Source of the DNA: a virus
Lineage: Duplodnaviria > Caudoviricetes
Virus record (IMG/VR): IMGVR_UViG_3300033076_001139
Location: 87,106-151,105 of that record
Length of the DNA: 64,000 nucleotides
Reading direction: 5' to 3' (one strand)
This document shows positions 55,371 to 62,967 of this stretch, one piece after another. The notes under the pieces were generated by a model that did no database searches, was not told where the DNA came from, and saw nothing but the letters and a program-made list of their open reading frames with translations. Position numbers and translations under genes: made by a program. Position 1 is the first letter of the stretch. Every line of letters starts with the position of its first letter.

Positions 55371-56020
55371 GCGTTGCGGTAAGCCGACGCAAAGGCGTCA
55401 GCAAGCGCACGACCAGTGAGGCCAGTCGAGGTCTGCTCTGCGACCTTCGGCCCGGCAGCCACCTGCCCCATGCGGGTGATCCCGATGAAATTCGGGGCCT
55501 TCATCCCAAGGCTCACCTCCAGCCACCAGGGGAACTCCTGAACGGTCTGGAGGTACGCTTCCCGGACCATCTCCTGAAGCTCCTCGGGAGACGAGGGGCG
55601 GCGACCTTCGCCTTCCTTCGGGCTGACGCGGAAGTGGAGCAGCCCCACCGGCGCGTTCACCGTGACGAACCGCACCACCTGTGGCACGGGGTCCGTGCTG
55701 AGAATGGCAGCGTGGCCGTAGATCATGCCGCTGACCTCGGGACCCGGCTTCGGCATCCAGAGCTTCCCTGCACGCGCGGACGGCCCGCACTCGATCACCG
55801 CGCCGATGGGGCGCTCCGCTTCTGCCGCCTCAAGCGCGGAGAAGAGCCGCGGCACCGTGCGCAACGCGCCCGATGCCTCCGTGATGTTCTCGAATCCCGC
55901 CTCTCCCGGGGCGAGCAGCCGATCTACCACGATCCACGCGGCGCCGTAGGCCACGCCGTTGCGAACACCCTCACGCGATTCCCTCACCTCGCGACCTGCG
56001 AGTACTGCCAAGTTGGCCAT
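55367..56020 (-). CDS. Hypothetical protein
   Basis: Strong SD GGAGG and high-GC3 codons. First gene after the GGTCATAAG motif. Confidence 0.7.
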   Translation of the reverse strand: MANLAVLAGREVRESREGVRNGVAYGAAWIVVDRLLAPGEAGFENITEASGALRTVPRLFSALEAAEAERPIGAVIECGPSARAGKLWMPKPGPEVSGMIYGHAAILSTDPVPQVVRFVTVNAPVGLLHFRVSPKEGEGRRPSSPEELQEMVREAYLQTVQEFPWWLEVSLGMKAPNFIGITRMGQVAAGPKVAEQTSTGLTGRALADAFASAYRNA

Positions 56021-56060
56021 GTGGCCTCCCTCTTTGTTGTGAATGCTACCCGGAATGGGT

Positions 56061-56066
56061 TAGCAT
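56061..56066 (+). promoter_or_regulatory. Putative -10 element TAGCAT, leaderless promoter of terminase
   Basis: Exactly 6 nt before ATG 56073, with no SD. Confidence 0.5.
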
Positions 56067-56069
56067 TTT

Positions 56070-56078
56070 CTTATGACC
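56070..56078 (-). promoter_or_regulatory. Candidate phage promoter GGTCATAAG
   Basis: Overlaps the terminase start codon. Followed on the minus strand by hairpin 56042-56067. Confidence 0.55.
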
Positions 56079-57833
56079 ACATCTTTTCAGGAATTTTCTG
56101 CGGGTATTGACGACGAAATCCACAACGCGTGGGACTTCGAGCCGCCCGCGCGCGAGGTTGAAGACTGGGAGGCAGCGGCTTTTGAGGAGGAAGTAGGTAC
56201 TTCTTTTACGCTCAGCCCAAGCCAGTTTGTCGAGCAGGCAATCCTGATGCCAGACCCGCACACTCGCAAGCTGGAGCCGTTTGATTTTGCCGAGCGGCCC
56301 TACCTAAAGAAGATCTACGACACACCAAGCAAGCGCCGTCTGTTGGTCTGCGCCCGTCAGGTCGAGAAGTCGACAATGCTTGGAAACTTGTCTCTCACTT
56401 ACAGCTGCTTGATCCCGCACTTCAAGGTCCTCTACGTTTCGCCCTCAAGCACCCAGACGAAGGTGTTTTCTAAGGACCGCCTGAAGGAGCCAATGGAGAC
56501 CTCGCCTGTACTGAAGGCGTGGTTTCCGGGCATGCTGACGGACAACGTCTACGAAAAGAAGGCACTGAACCGAAGCCAGATCATTTTGCGCTACGCGTTC
56601 CTGAGCGCAGACCGTGTCCGTGGTATCCCTACCGACGCCATCTTCATTGACGAGTTTCAGGACATCTTGCTTGAGAACGTGTCCGTTATCGAGGAGTGCG
56701 CTTCCCACTCCCCCTTCAAGTGGTTCTCATACTCTGGAACGCCTAAGTCACTCGACAACCCCATCGAGTTCTACCTGAGTAACTACTCAACACAGAACGA
56801 ATGGGCCGTTCCTTGTGATCGTCACGGCACGCCCAATAATCCTGGATCGTGGCACTGGAATATCTTGGGAGAGGATAATATCGGGGCGAATAGTCTCGTG
56901 TGTGACCGTTGTGGCGAGAAGATCATCGCCAATCACCCGATGGCACAGTGGGTTCGTACGGGAAGCCCAGACCCCAAGTTTGATGCTTTTGAGGGTTTCC
57001 GCATCCCACAACTGATGGTTCCGTGGCTGCCGTGGAAAGAATTGCTCGCAAAGTACAACCAGTACCCTCGCGCCAAGTTCTACAACGAGGTGCTTGGACG
57101 TAGTTTCGACTCCGGTCAGCGGCCCCTGACAAAGCAGGATGTGCTGGACAACTGTAATCCCGAGGTAGCCCTTGATCCGGAGTCGGTTGCCAAGACGCGC
57201 CAGAGGATTGGTAGCGGACGTATCTACGCCGGTATCGACTGGGGCCAGGACTCGACAAACTCGTACACTGTGATCTCCCTCGGTGCCTACCTCGATGGCA
57301 GATTTCAGATCTTCTTCATGCATAGGTTCACGGGCGCAGAGAGCGAACCAGGCGAGCAGCTAAAAAAGATCTTCAAGATCATCGAAGGGTTCAACGTATC
57401 CCGCGTGGGAGTTGACTACGGTGGTGGGTTCTTCCCTAACGGAGAGCTGCTCAAGAAATATGGGGCTGGACGCATCGTTCGTTACCAGTATTCTGCACCG
57501 GCTGTTTATATGAAGTACGACGCAAACCTTGGCCGATACATGGTTCACAAATCTGAGGTGATGAGTTCCGTGTTTGCGGCAATCAAGCGCAAGACAGTGT
57601 TCCGTTTCCCGCGCTGGAATGACTTCTCGTCACCGTTTGCGAGCGACTGTCTCGCGGTGTTCTCGGAGTACAACGAGCGCACACGGATGACAGAGTACAA
57701 GAAGTCTCCAAATACAACGGACGACTCCCTGCACTCCATCCTATTTTGCTTCTTAGCCTCGATGACAGACTTTCCACGAGAGGACGTGTTCGTGCCCAGC
57801 GCAGCGGTGGATCGACTTTCATCTATGGACTAA
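56073..57833 (+). CDS. terL: Terminase large subunit (lambda GpA-like)
   Basis: Walker A 'ARQVEKST', 'RVRGIP', Walker B 'IFIDE', 'SGTP', Zn ribbon CDRH...CDRC, 'FYNEVLG', nuclease 'AGIDWG' and C-terminal 'DDSLHS'. Confidence 0.9.
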   Translation: MTTSFQEFSAGIDDEIHNAWDFEPPAREVEDWEAAAFEEEVGTSFTLSPSQFVEQAILMPDPHTRKLEPFDFAERPYLKKIYDTPSKRRLLVCARQVEKSTMLGNLSLTYSCLIPHFKVLYVSPSSTQTKVFSKDRLKEPMETSPVLKAWFPGMLTDNVYEKKALNRSQIILRYAFLSADRVRGIPTDAIFIDEFQDILLENVSVIEECASHSPFKWFSYSGTPKSLDNPIEFYLSNYSTQNEWAVPCDRHGTPNNPGSWHWNILGEDNIGANSLVCDRCGEKIIANHPMAQWVRTGSPDPKFDAFEGFRIPQLMVPWLPWKELLAKYNQYPRAKFYNEVLGRSFDSGQRPLTKQDVLDNCNPEVALDPESVAKTRQRIGSGRIYAGIDWGQDSTNSYTVISLGAYLDGRFQIFFMHRFTGAESEPGEQLKKIFKIIEGFNVSRVGVDYGGGFFPNGELLKKYGAGRIVRYQYSAPAVYMKYDANLGRYMVHKSEVMSSVFAAIKRKTVFRFPRWNDFSSPFASDCLAVFSEYNERTRMTEYKKSPNTTDDSLHSILFCFLASMTDFPREDVFVPSAAVDRLSSMD

Positions 57834-57883
57834 AAACTGATCCCATCTCCCGATGGAACCAGCCAGCGGCCTTACGGCCGCTG
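57832..57883. terminator. Paired hairpins at convergent gene ends
   Basis: CAGCGGCC-TTAC-GGCCGCTG (57864-57883, GTAA loop on the minus strand) and CCATC-TCCC-GATGG (57843-57856), with a T-tract downstream on the minus strand. Confidence 0.55.
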
Positions 57884-57889
57884 CTTCTA

Positions 57890-58234
57890 CTACTTCTTGC
57901 GGAGCAGGCGGCTCGCGGCGTAGCCCGCGACCGCGCCGCCACCAACACCGATGCCGATGTTGAGCGGGTTCAGCTCCCACCAGCCCTGCGTCGCGCCGAG
58001 GTACGCGGCACCGCCACCGATGACGGCACCGCCGCCGGCGTACATGACGTCTTCCTTTGTCACCCAGCTGTCGGCCGCCTGGACGATCTGGTCACGGTTT
58101 GCCTGAAGGGCGCGGATGCGGGCCTCGGTGGCCTGCTTCCACGCGTGGTCTTCGGCGCGGTCGTTCTGGTAGATCTCCACCAGCTCATTGATGTTCAAGG
58201 TCGTCTCAACTGCTGCGGGCTTGGCTGCTGCCAT
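57890..58234 (-). CDS. Small membrane protein with two glycine-zipper helices
   Basis: 'GGGAVIGGGAAYLG' and 'GIGVGGGAVAGYAA'. Start moved to ATG 58234 (SD GGAG). Confidence 0.7.
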   Translation of the reverse strand: MAAAKPAAVETTLNINELVEIYQNDRAEDHAWKQATEARIRALQANRDQIVQAADSWVTKEDVMYAGGGAVIGGGAAYLGATQGWWELNPLNIGIGVGGGAVAGYAASRLLRKK

Positions 58235-58281
58235 TTGTCGGATCTCCGTCCGGTTTTTGTGCCTATGATTGGGCACAAATA

Positions 58282-58290
58282 ATTATGGCA
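58282..58290 (-). promoter_or_regulatory. Variant candidate promoter TGCCATAAT
   Basis: Followed after 2 nt by the 8-bp hairpin TTTGTGCC-N8-GGCACAAA (58256-58279). Confidence 0.45.
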
Positions 58291-58295
58291 GTTAT

Positions 58296-59006
58296 TTACT
58301 TATTTTTTTTTACACCAAGCACCGCGTCAAGCGCGTCGACGACAGAGACGGCAGGCTCCTGCCGCAGCATTGAGTGAATATCCACGTGACCGCGTAGGCC
58401 TTCGTACGTCACGGCTGCTGCGCGTAATCTGCGCCGCCCCTCCGCAAGGGAACGGTGTGCATCCTGGAGCGGCAACGAGACAGCGTACTCAGCAAGGCCT
58501 ACAACCGATTCGCTCATTGCCACGCAAAGACGAAGCAGGGGAGCCCAGGGACGTGAGTCGCCAGTTGCGGCAGCTATTACTGCGAAGTCATTTTCGTCAA
58601 TGCGCAGGAACACGTCGACCCACGGCTCGACCTCTTCGAGCTTCCATTTAGAGAGGCGAAGCTGTGCGCAGCACGCGGTGTGCAGGTCCTTCCCGTACTC
58701 GGTAGTAATCGACAATGGCACGGTGTTAGCGTCGAGTAGTTTTAGTAGGGTCTGTACGCTGAATTCCAGACGACGCAAACGTGCAGTCATCAGGAGAATT
58801 TCTTGGCGAGAGACCGGACCCGCCCCATTATTTTCGGTGCGCAGTCTCCGCAGTTCCTCAACCTCTCCTGCCGGTATAAACTTTCCGCGTGCGTTACTTA
58901 TGGTCTTCGCGCTAAGAAAGCCCTTCCGGACGTAGGTGCGGACAGAGCGTTCAGTGATCCCTAGGTGTTTCGCGGCCTCGGAGTAGGTAAGAAGCTCAGC
59001 AGCCAT
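58296..59006 (-). CDS. HTH (MerR/excisionase-like, HTH_17) DNA-binding protein
   Basis: 'LLTYSEAAKHLGITERSVRTYVRKGFL', then a coiled coil. Start moved to ATG 59006 (SD AAAGGA). Confidence 0.8.
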   Translation of the reverse strand: MAAELLTYSEAAKHLGITERSVRTYVRKGFLSAKTISNARGKFIPAGEVEELRRLRTENNGAGPVSRQEILLMTARLRRLEFSVQTLLKLLDANTVPLSITTEYGKDLHTACCAQLRLSKWKLEEVEPWVDVFLRIDENDFAVIAAATGDSRPWAPLLRLCVAMSESVVGLAEYAVSLPLQDAHRSLAEGRRRLRAAAVTYEGLRGHVDIHSMLRQEPAVSVVDALDAVLGVKKNK

Positions 59007-59020
59007 TACTCTGTTCTTCC

Positions 59021-59033
59021 TTTCGATTCGAAA
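59021..59033. promoter_or_regulatory. Palindrome TTTCGA-T-TCGAAA, candidate operator
   Basis: Perfect 6-bp arms in the divergent gap between the HTH gene and the head operon, next to the extended -10 TGaTAACCT (59037-59045). Confidence 0.4.
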
Positions 59034-59065
59034 TACTGATAACCTCTGCTTGGAAGAAACCCACA

Positions 59066-59977
59066 ATGCCCACGCAAATTAGCCCAGATATGCTGATGAG
59101 CATCGCCCGCCAGGCAGCCGGGGAGTACCTTGCTCGCGGCACCGACTTGACTACCGCAGTCGTCAAGGAGGCTTCGGCAAGTCGGCTACCATTGACCGAC
59201 GAGCATGTTAGGCGCATTTGCGAGATGACCTATCACGAAGCATTCGAGCGATCCTTTCATCAAAAGCGTGGAAGCCTTGATCGGTACATTTCTTTCGACC
59301 CGCCGGATGCGGTACAGTGCGCAAAGGAGCTGAAGGCTATGACGGTTGAGAAGAAGGCATCCGCGCCCGCACAGGGCCGCGCCCTCGCGCCGACAGAGTT
59401 TCTGAAGGCCGCCAGCGCAATGGCCGGTATTCCTGTTCGGGAAAAGTACCAGCCAATGAACGCCTATTTGGCGACCGTGCTAACTCCCGATGTTGAGAAA
59501 GTTGCTGCGCAGGACAACTGGCACAACCCGATGGGCGATATTGTACGCGCCCATCAGGCACTACGAGAGGCCATCCGTAAGGTCGAGTTAGACCTTGAGT
59601 CTACAGAGCACGAGGCCAAGATCGCCGCAGCTCATTTAGCAGCGCAGTCGGTGCAGGCCTGTAAGGATGGCGCAGATGTCTCCGACGTCCTTAATCTCTG
59701 CTACCACGCGGCAGAAGGCACAGGCATCACCGTAAAGGTTGCCCACGACACCGTCTGCGAGATTGCGGAGATCCTCAAGTCACACGGTTTCGATACGCGC
59801 GTACGCGAAAAAACTGCTTCGTATGCGGAAGCAAACCTCGCGCACCCGATCGCTGTGGTGTTTGCCAAGGTTGCATCGCTGCGGGACTCTCAGGCATACC
59901 TAGCCACGGCAGCGGAAGACCTCCGTGCCGAGTACGCACTCTCTGCTCGGAAAGTCCGTGCCGCATTCCCCGGTTAA
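59066..59977 (+). CDS. Head-region protein with eight K-x-A motifs
   Basis: KEAS, KKAS, KAAS, KVAA, KIAA, KVAH, KTAS, KVAS. Confidence 0.7.
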   Translation: MPTQISPDMLMSIARQAAGEYLARGTDLTTAVVKEASASRLPLTDEHVRRICEMTYHEAFERSFHQKRGSLDRYISFDPPDAVQCAKELKAMTVEKKASAPAQGRALAPTEFLKAASAMAGIPVREKYQPMNAYLATVLTPDVEKVAAQDNWHNPMGDIVRAHQALREAIRKVELDLESTEHEAKIAAAHLAAQSVQACKDGADVSDVLNLCYHAAEGTGITVKVAHDTVCEIAEILKSHGFDTRVREKTASYAEANLAHPIAVVFAKVASLRDSQAYLATAAEDLRAEYALSARKVRAAFPG

Positions 59978-61031
59978 AACTGCCAGCCTCAAGGCACTGG
60001 CAACTGGGGCCGTCCTAGGTGCCGGTGCTGTTGCGGGTGCGCCGCATTTTGCCGCGGGTATGCGTAAGTCTTTTCGGCCGCACCTTGAGTCAGCGGCTGT
60101 GAGAAAACAACTTGGTCCGCTAGGTACAATGGGAGACCTAGGACCAGATCAGTTTAAGTTCGCACATCTGGAGTCACCCATGCGCGCCCCTGTACCCGAC
60201 GAAGTCTACGTTGCTGCTGCCCATGGGCACCTTTCCGAGAACGAAGTCGCCCACCTAGAATCATTTGCGGCCGAGCTAACCAAGGGCGCTTCTTTCTCTC
60301 AGGCTCTACAGTATGGGCTTGGTACCGCAGCCGCTAGCGCAGTCGGCGGATTAGCTATGATGGGCATCTCCCACGGTATTCATAGCGCTTACGACTCAAT
60401 GACGTTTGAAAAAGACCTTCAGGCAGCCCTGAAGACACGCCCTGAGCTAAGCACCTACCCCAAGGAGCAGGTGCGGGTGGTCTATCAGTCACTACGTCGC
60501 CTGAGCCCTGAGATTGCAAGAGACCCTCTGACTGCCGGTACTTATCTTGTGCGCCAGTTTGAGCGTCGCAACCCCAGCGATCCGCACTCGCTCCCGACGG
60601 TTGAGCTTGAGAGCGCGCGTACTCTTTCTCAAATCACTGGTGAGCTTGGCAAGCGCCGCGACAACGTGCGCGACGCGCTACTACAGGCGAACGCGCATGG
60701 TGTACAGGCCGGCGTCGGGTACATGCAGGAGTCCCGCCAGGCTAAGCGCCAGAGCGATCTTGAGGATCGTAAGATCAAGGCGTCTCTGCATCTTGAGGGG
60801 GAGAAGTCGCGTCTCCGCGAGCAGTCCACGATTGCGGGAGAGCAGCGTAAGGAACTGCGCGAGAATGTTGTACAAAACCTCAAAGATCAGATGAGCGGAA
60901 TGCACGCGTCGTACGGCGACCTACAGCAGAAGCTGCAAGAGATGACAAACCGCGCAACGGCGTCTGAGGCTCGAAATGCCGCGCTGACTGCACAGGGTGT
61001 GCGGCTCCCCCTTACTACGCGCAAGAAGTAA
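59958..61031 (+). CDS. Putative internal head protein with hydrophobic Gly/Ala helices and coiled-coil tail
   Basis: KTAS and 'SFAAELTKGAS', each followed by a Gly/Ala hydrophobic helix. Start uncertain (59925, 59958, or ATG 60180 with GGAG). Confidence 0.6.
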   Translation: MPHSPVKTASLKALATGAVLGAGAVAGAPHFAAGMRKSFRPHLESAAVRKQLGPLGTMGDLGPDQFKFAHLESPMRAPVPDEVYVAAAHGHLSENEVAHLESFAAELTKGASFSQALQYGLGTAAASAVGGLAMMGISHGIHSAYDSMTFEKDLQAALKTRPELSTYPKEQVRVVYQSLRRLSPEIARDPLTAGTYLVRQFERRNPSDPHSLPTVELESARTLSQITGELGKRRDNVRDALLQANAHGVQAGVGYMQESRQAKRQSDLEDRKIKASLHLEGEKSRLREQSTIAGEQRKELRENVVQNLKDQMSGMHASYGDLQQKLQEMTNRATASEARNAALTAQGVRLPLTTRKK

Positions 61032-61043
61032 GCGAGGAATCCC

Positions 61044-62903
61044 TTGGAAAAGGTCTCCCTATTTCGTGGTACCAATGGCGAAGGACGCCCGCTCATCCAT
61101 CGTGTTGAGCCTGGGTCCGCGTACGGTATTTCTCAGACAGGAGACCTATCTAAGACTGCCTCGCACGAGCACTTGCCGCAGGTGCAGGAGCTGATTGAGT
61201 CCCTTGCTCCCCAGCCAGGGCGGCTGTACCTCATCAACTCTGCAATTGGCGCAGGCGAGTACGTAGGGTTCAACCTGCGCGGTGACTGGTTTACCGAGCG
61301 GGGGCTGCTACATACTCCTCCGGGCTGGGACAAGATCCCTGTTTGGGATATTGACGCGCGCCGTCGTGCAGCAAATACGACAGAGTCGGTGCCCGGCTGG
61401 GGTGACCAGGCGTGGGGCTATCCTACGTTCTACAACGCACATCGCTTCCGCCACCACATCAACAAGGATCCCGAGAAGGCCTACGGATTTATCCTAGGGG
61501 CTTTCTACGACCACCGCATGCACCGCGTTGTGCTGGTATCCGAGCTGGTTCGGGACATGTGCGAGAGCCTAAATGCCCTCGACATCTACGAGCGCATCGA
61601 GCGCGGAGAGTTTCCCGACTCCTCAATGGGCGCCAAGGTGCCCTACGATGAGTGCTCAATCTGCGGCAACAAAGCACGCAACCCCGCCGAGTACTGCCGG
61701 CATGTGAATAATCAGGATCCGTTGTTCGGTATGAGCAAGATCCTAGCAGACGGCCGGAAGTGCGGTGTCTACAATCACCATCCTCGTTTCTTTGATGATT
61801 CTTTTGTATTTGTCGGAGCCGAGAGATCCGCCAAAGTCATGTCCCTAGTCAACGACAGGGTCAAGGGCACCAATAAGTACTCACAGAAAATCTACCCATT
61901 TCAGTCTCCAGGTGCCAAACTCGCATCCGTAGAGCTTACTCCGCGTCAAGAAGAAAGCCGTACCATGCGCGACGTGGTGCGAAAGATGGAAGAGCGTAAA
62001 CAAAGCGACCGCGTAGAGGACAGGCTCACTCAGGCCCTTGAGGGAATTCCACAAGGCAACCGAATTGAGCGCGCTGCTGCTGTTGCCTTTGCGCGGCAAG
62101 CAAAAAAGAAGGATGCCCCAGACGCGCTGAAGGCAGTCGAGGAGAATTTTCAAGCTACCTACGGCCAGCCTCTAGAGCATTTCTCGTACCTACGAGAGAA
62201 GGTTGAGGGCGCCTCCGGGTTTGGCTCGGAAACAAAGATGGCCTCGCTGAGCAAGTGGGCAGAGATGTTGAAGAACATCCCTGCTCCGTCTCCGAGTCAA
62301 CTCTCTATTGTCAAAAGTCACGCGTCTAGGATGCCCGGACTGCCTACTCCGCTGCTTCAGGACTTGGCATCTACGCCAGACGAAAGCCTGCGGGGACTTG
62401 CCCACCTCGGAATTGTACTACGCCCCGATGAATTTCAGTACATGGCACTCGCGCGTGGCAATCGGGACGCCGCAGACGGTTACCGATCAGGTGGAATTGT
62501 ATTCAAGTCCTCACCGCTGGACATGGAGTGCATGCCCGAGTTCAGCCCGGAGCCGCGCCCTAATGCGATGACAATGGACATACTGCGTCAGGTACTTGGC
62601 GGGCTACTGAGTCAACGGTCATTTGCACCCGCCGCAGTGCGGATACGCATTACCCGCGTAATGCCCGTACAGGACCGTGCCGACTTTGAGCACTCGGACC
62701 CTGTGCTTGATAAAATCTCGCAAGCGTATAACGACTACCGGGGTGGATTAATCTTTTCCCGGCCTGCGCTGCACCATTTACAGTTGCCGGAAACAGCGGA
62801 TATCTTTGACCTCGGACAAGAGGTCAAGTTGGCCGATGCTTCCGCAGAGCTTTCTAGACTTCTTTTCCACTTAGCCTACTGGCATACTCTGCCAGTAGGT
62901 TAG
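61044..62903 (+). CDS. Putative prohead protease (HK97/assemblin-like fold) with zinc-ribbon insertion
   Basis: Ordered motifs 'NLRGDWF', 'FRHH.N......G', 'SMG' and 'FFDDSFVFVGA' parallel the H / S-x-G / E-x-S-x-V-x-x-P-A motifs of HK97-type proteases. CSIC...CRH insertion. Confidence 0.6.
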   Translation: MEKVSLFRGTNGEGRPLIHRVEPGSAYGISQTGDLSKTASHEHLPQVQELIESLAPQPGRLYLINSAIGAGEYVGFNLRGDWFTERGLLHTPPGWDKIPVWDIDARRRAANTTESVPGWGDQAWGYPTFYNAHRFRHHINKDPEKAYGFILGAFYDHRMHRVVLVSELVRDMCESLNALDIYERIERGEFPDSSMGAKVPYDECSICGNKARNPAEYCRHVNNQDPLFGMSKILADGRKCGVYNHHPRFFDDSFVFVGAERSAKVMSLVNDRVKGTNKYSQKIYPFQSPGAKLASVELTPRQEESRTMRDVVRKMEERKQSDRVEDRLTQALEGIPQGNRIERAAAVAFARQAKKKDAPDALKAVEENFQATYGQPLEHFSYLREKVEGASGFGSETKMASLSKWAEMLKNIPAPSPSQLSIVKSHASRMPGLPTPLLQDLASTPDESLRGLAHLGIVLRPDEFQYMALARGNRDAADGYRSGGIVFKSSPLDMECMPEFSPEPRPNAMTMDILRQVLGGLLSQRSFAPAAVRIRITRVMPVQDRADFEHSDPVLDKISQAYNDYRGGLIFSRPALHHLQLPETADIFDLGQEVKLADASAELSRLLFHLAYWHTLPVG

Positions 62904-62967
62904 AAATCTCACGGCCGAGAGGGAGAACCTCGAAGACGCCTTCTTTCCCCACAGGAGTAAATCCAAC

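Noticed and set aside
18036-58902. Other CTTATG (CATAAG) occurrences at about 18036, 21834 and 58897
   Set aside because: They are inside coding regions, lack the GG[G/T] prefix and have no obvious adjacent hairpin. Treated as background, though internal promoters cannot be excluded.
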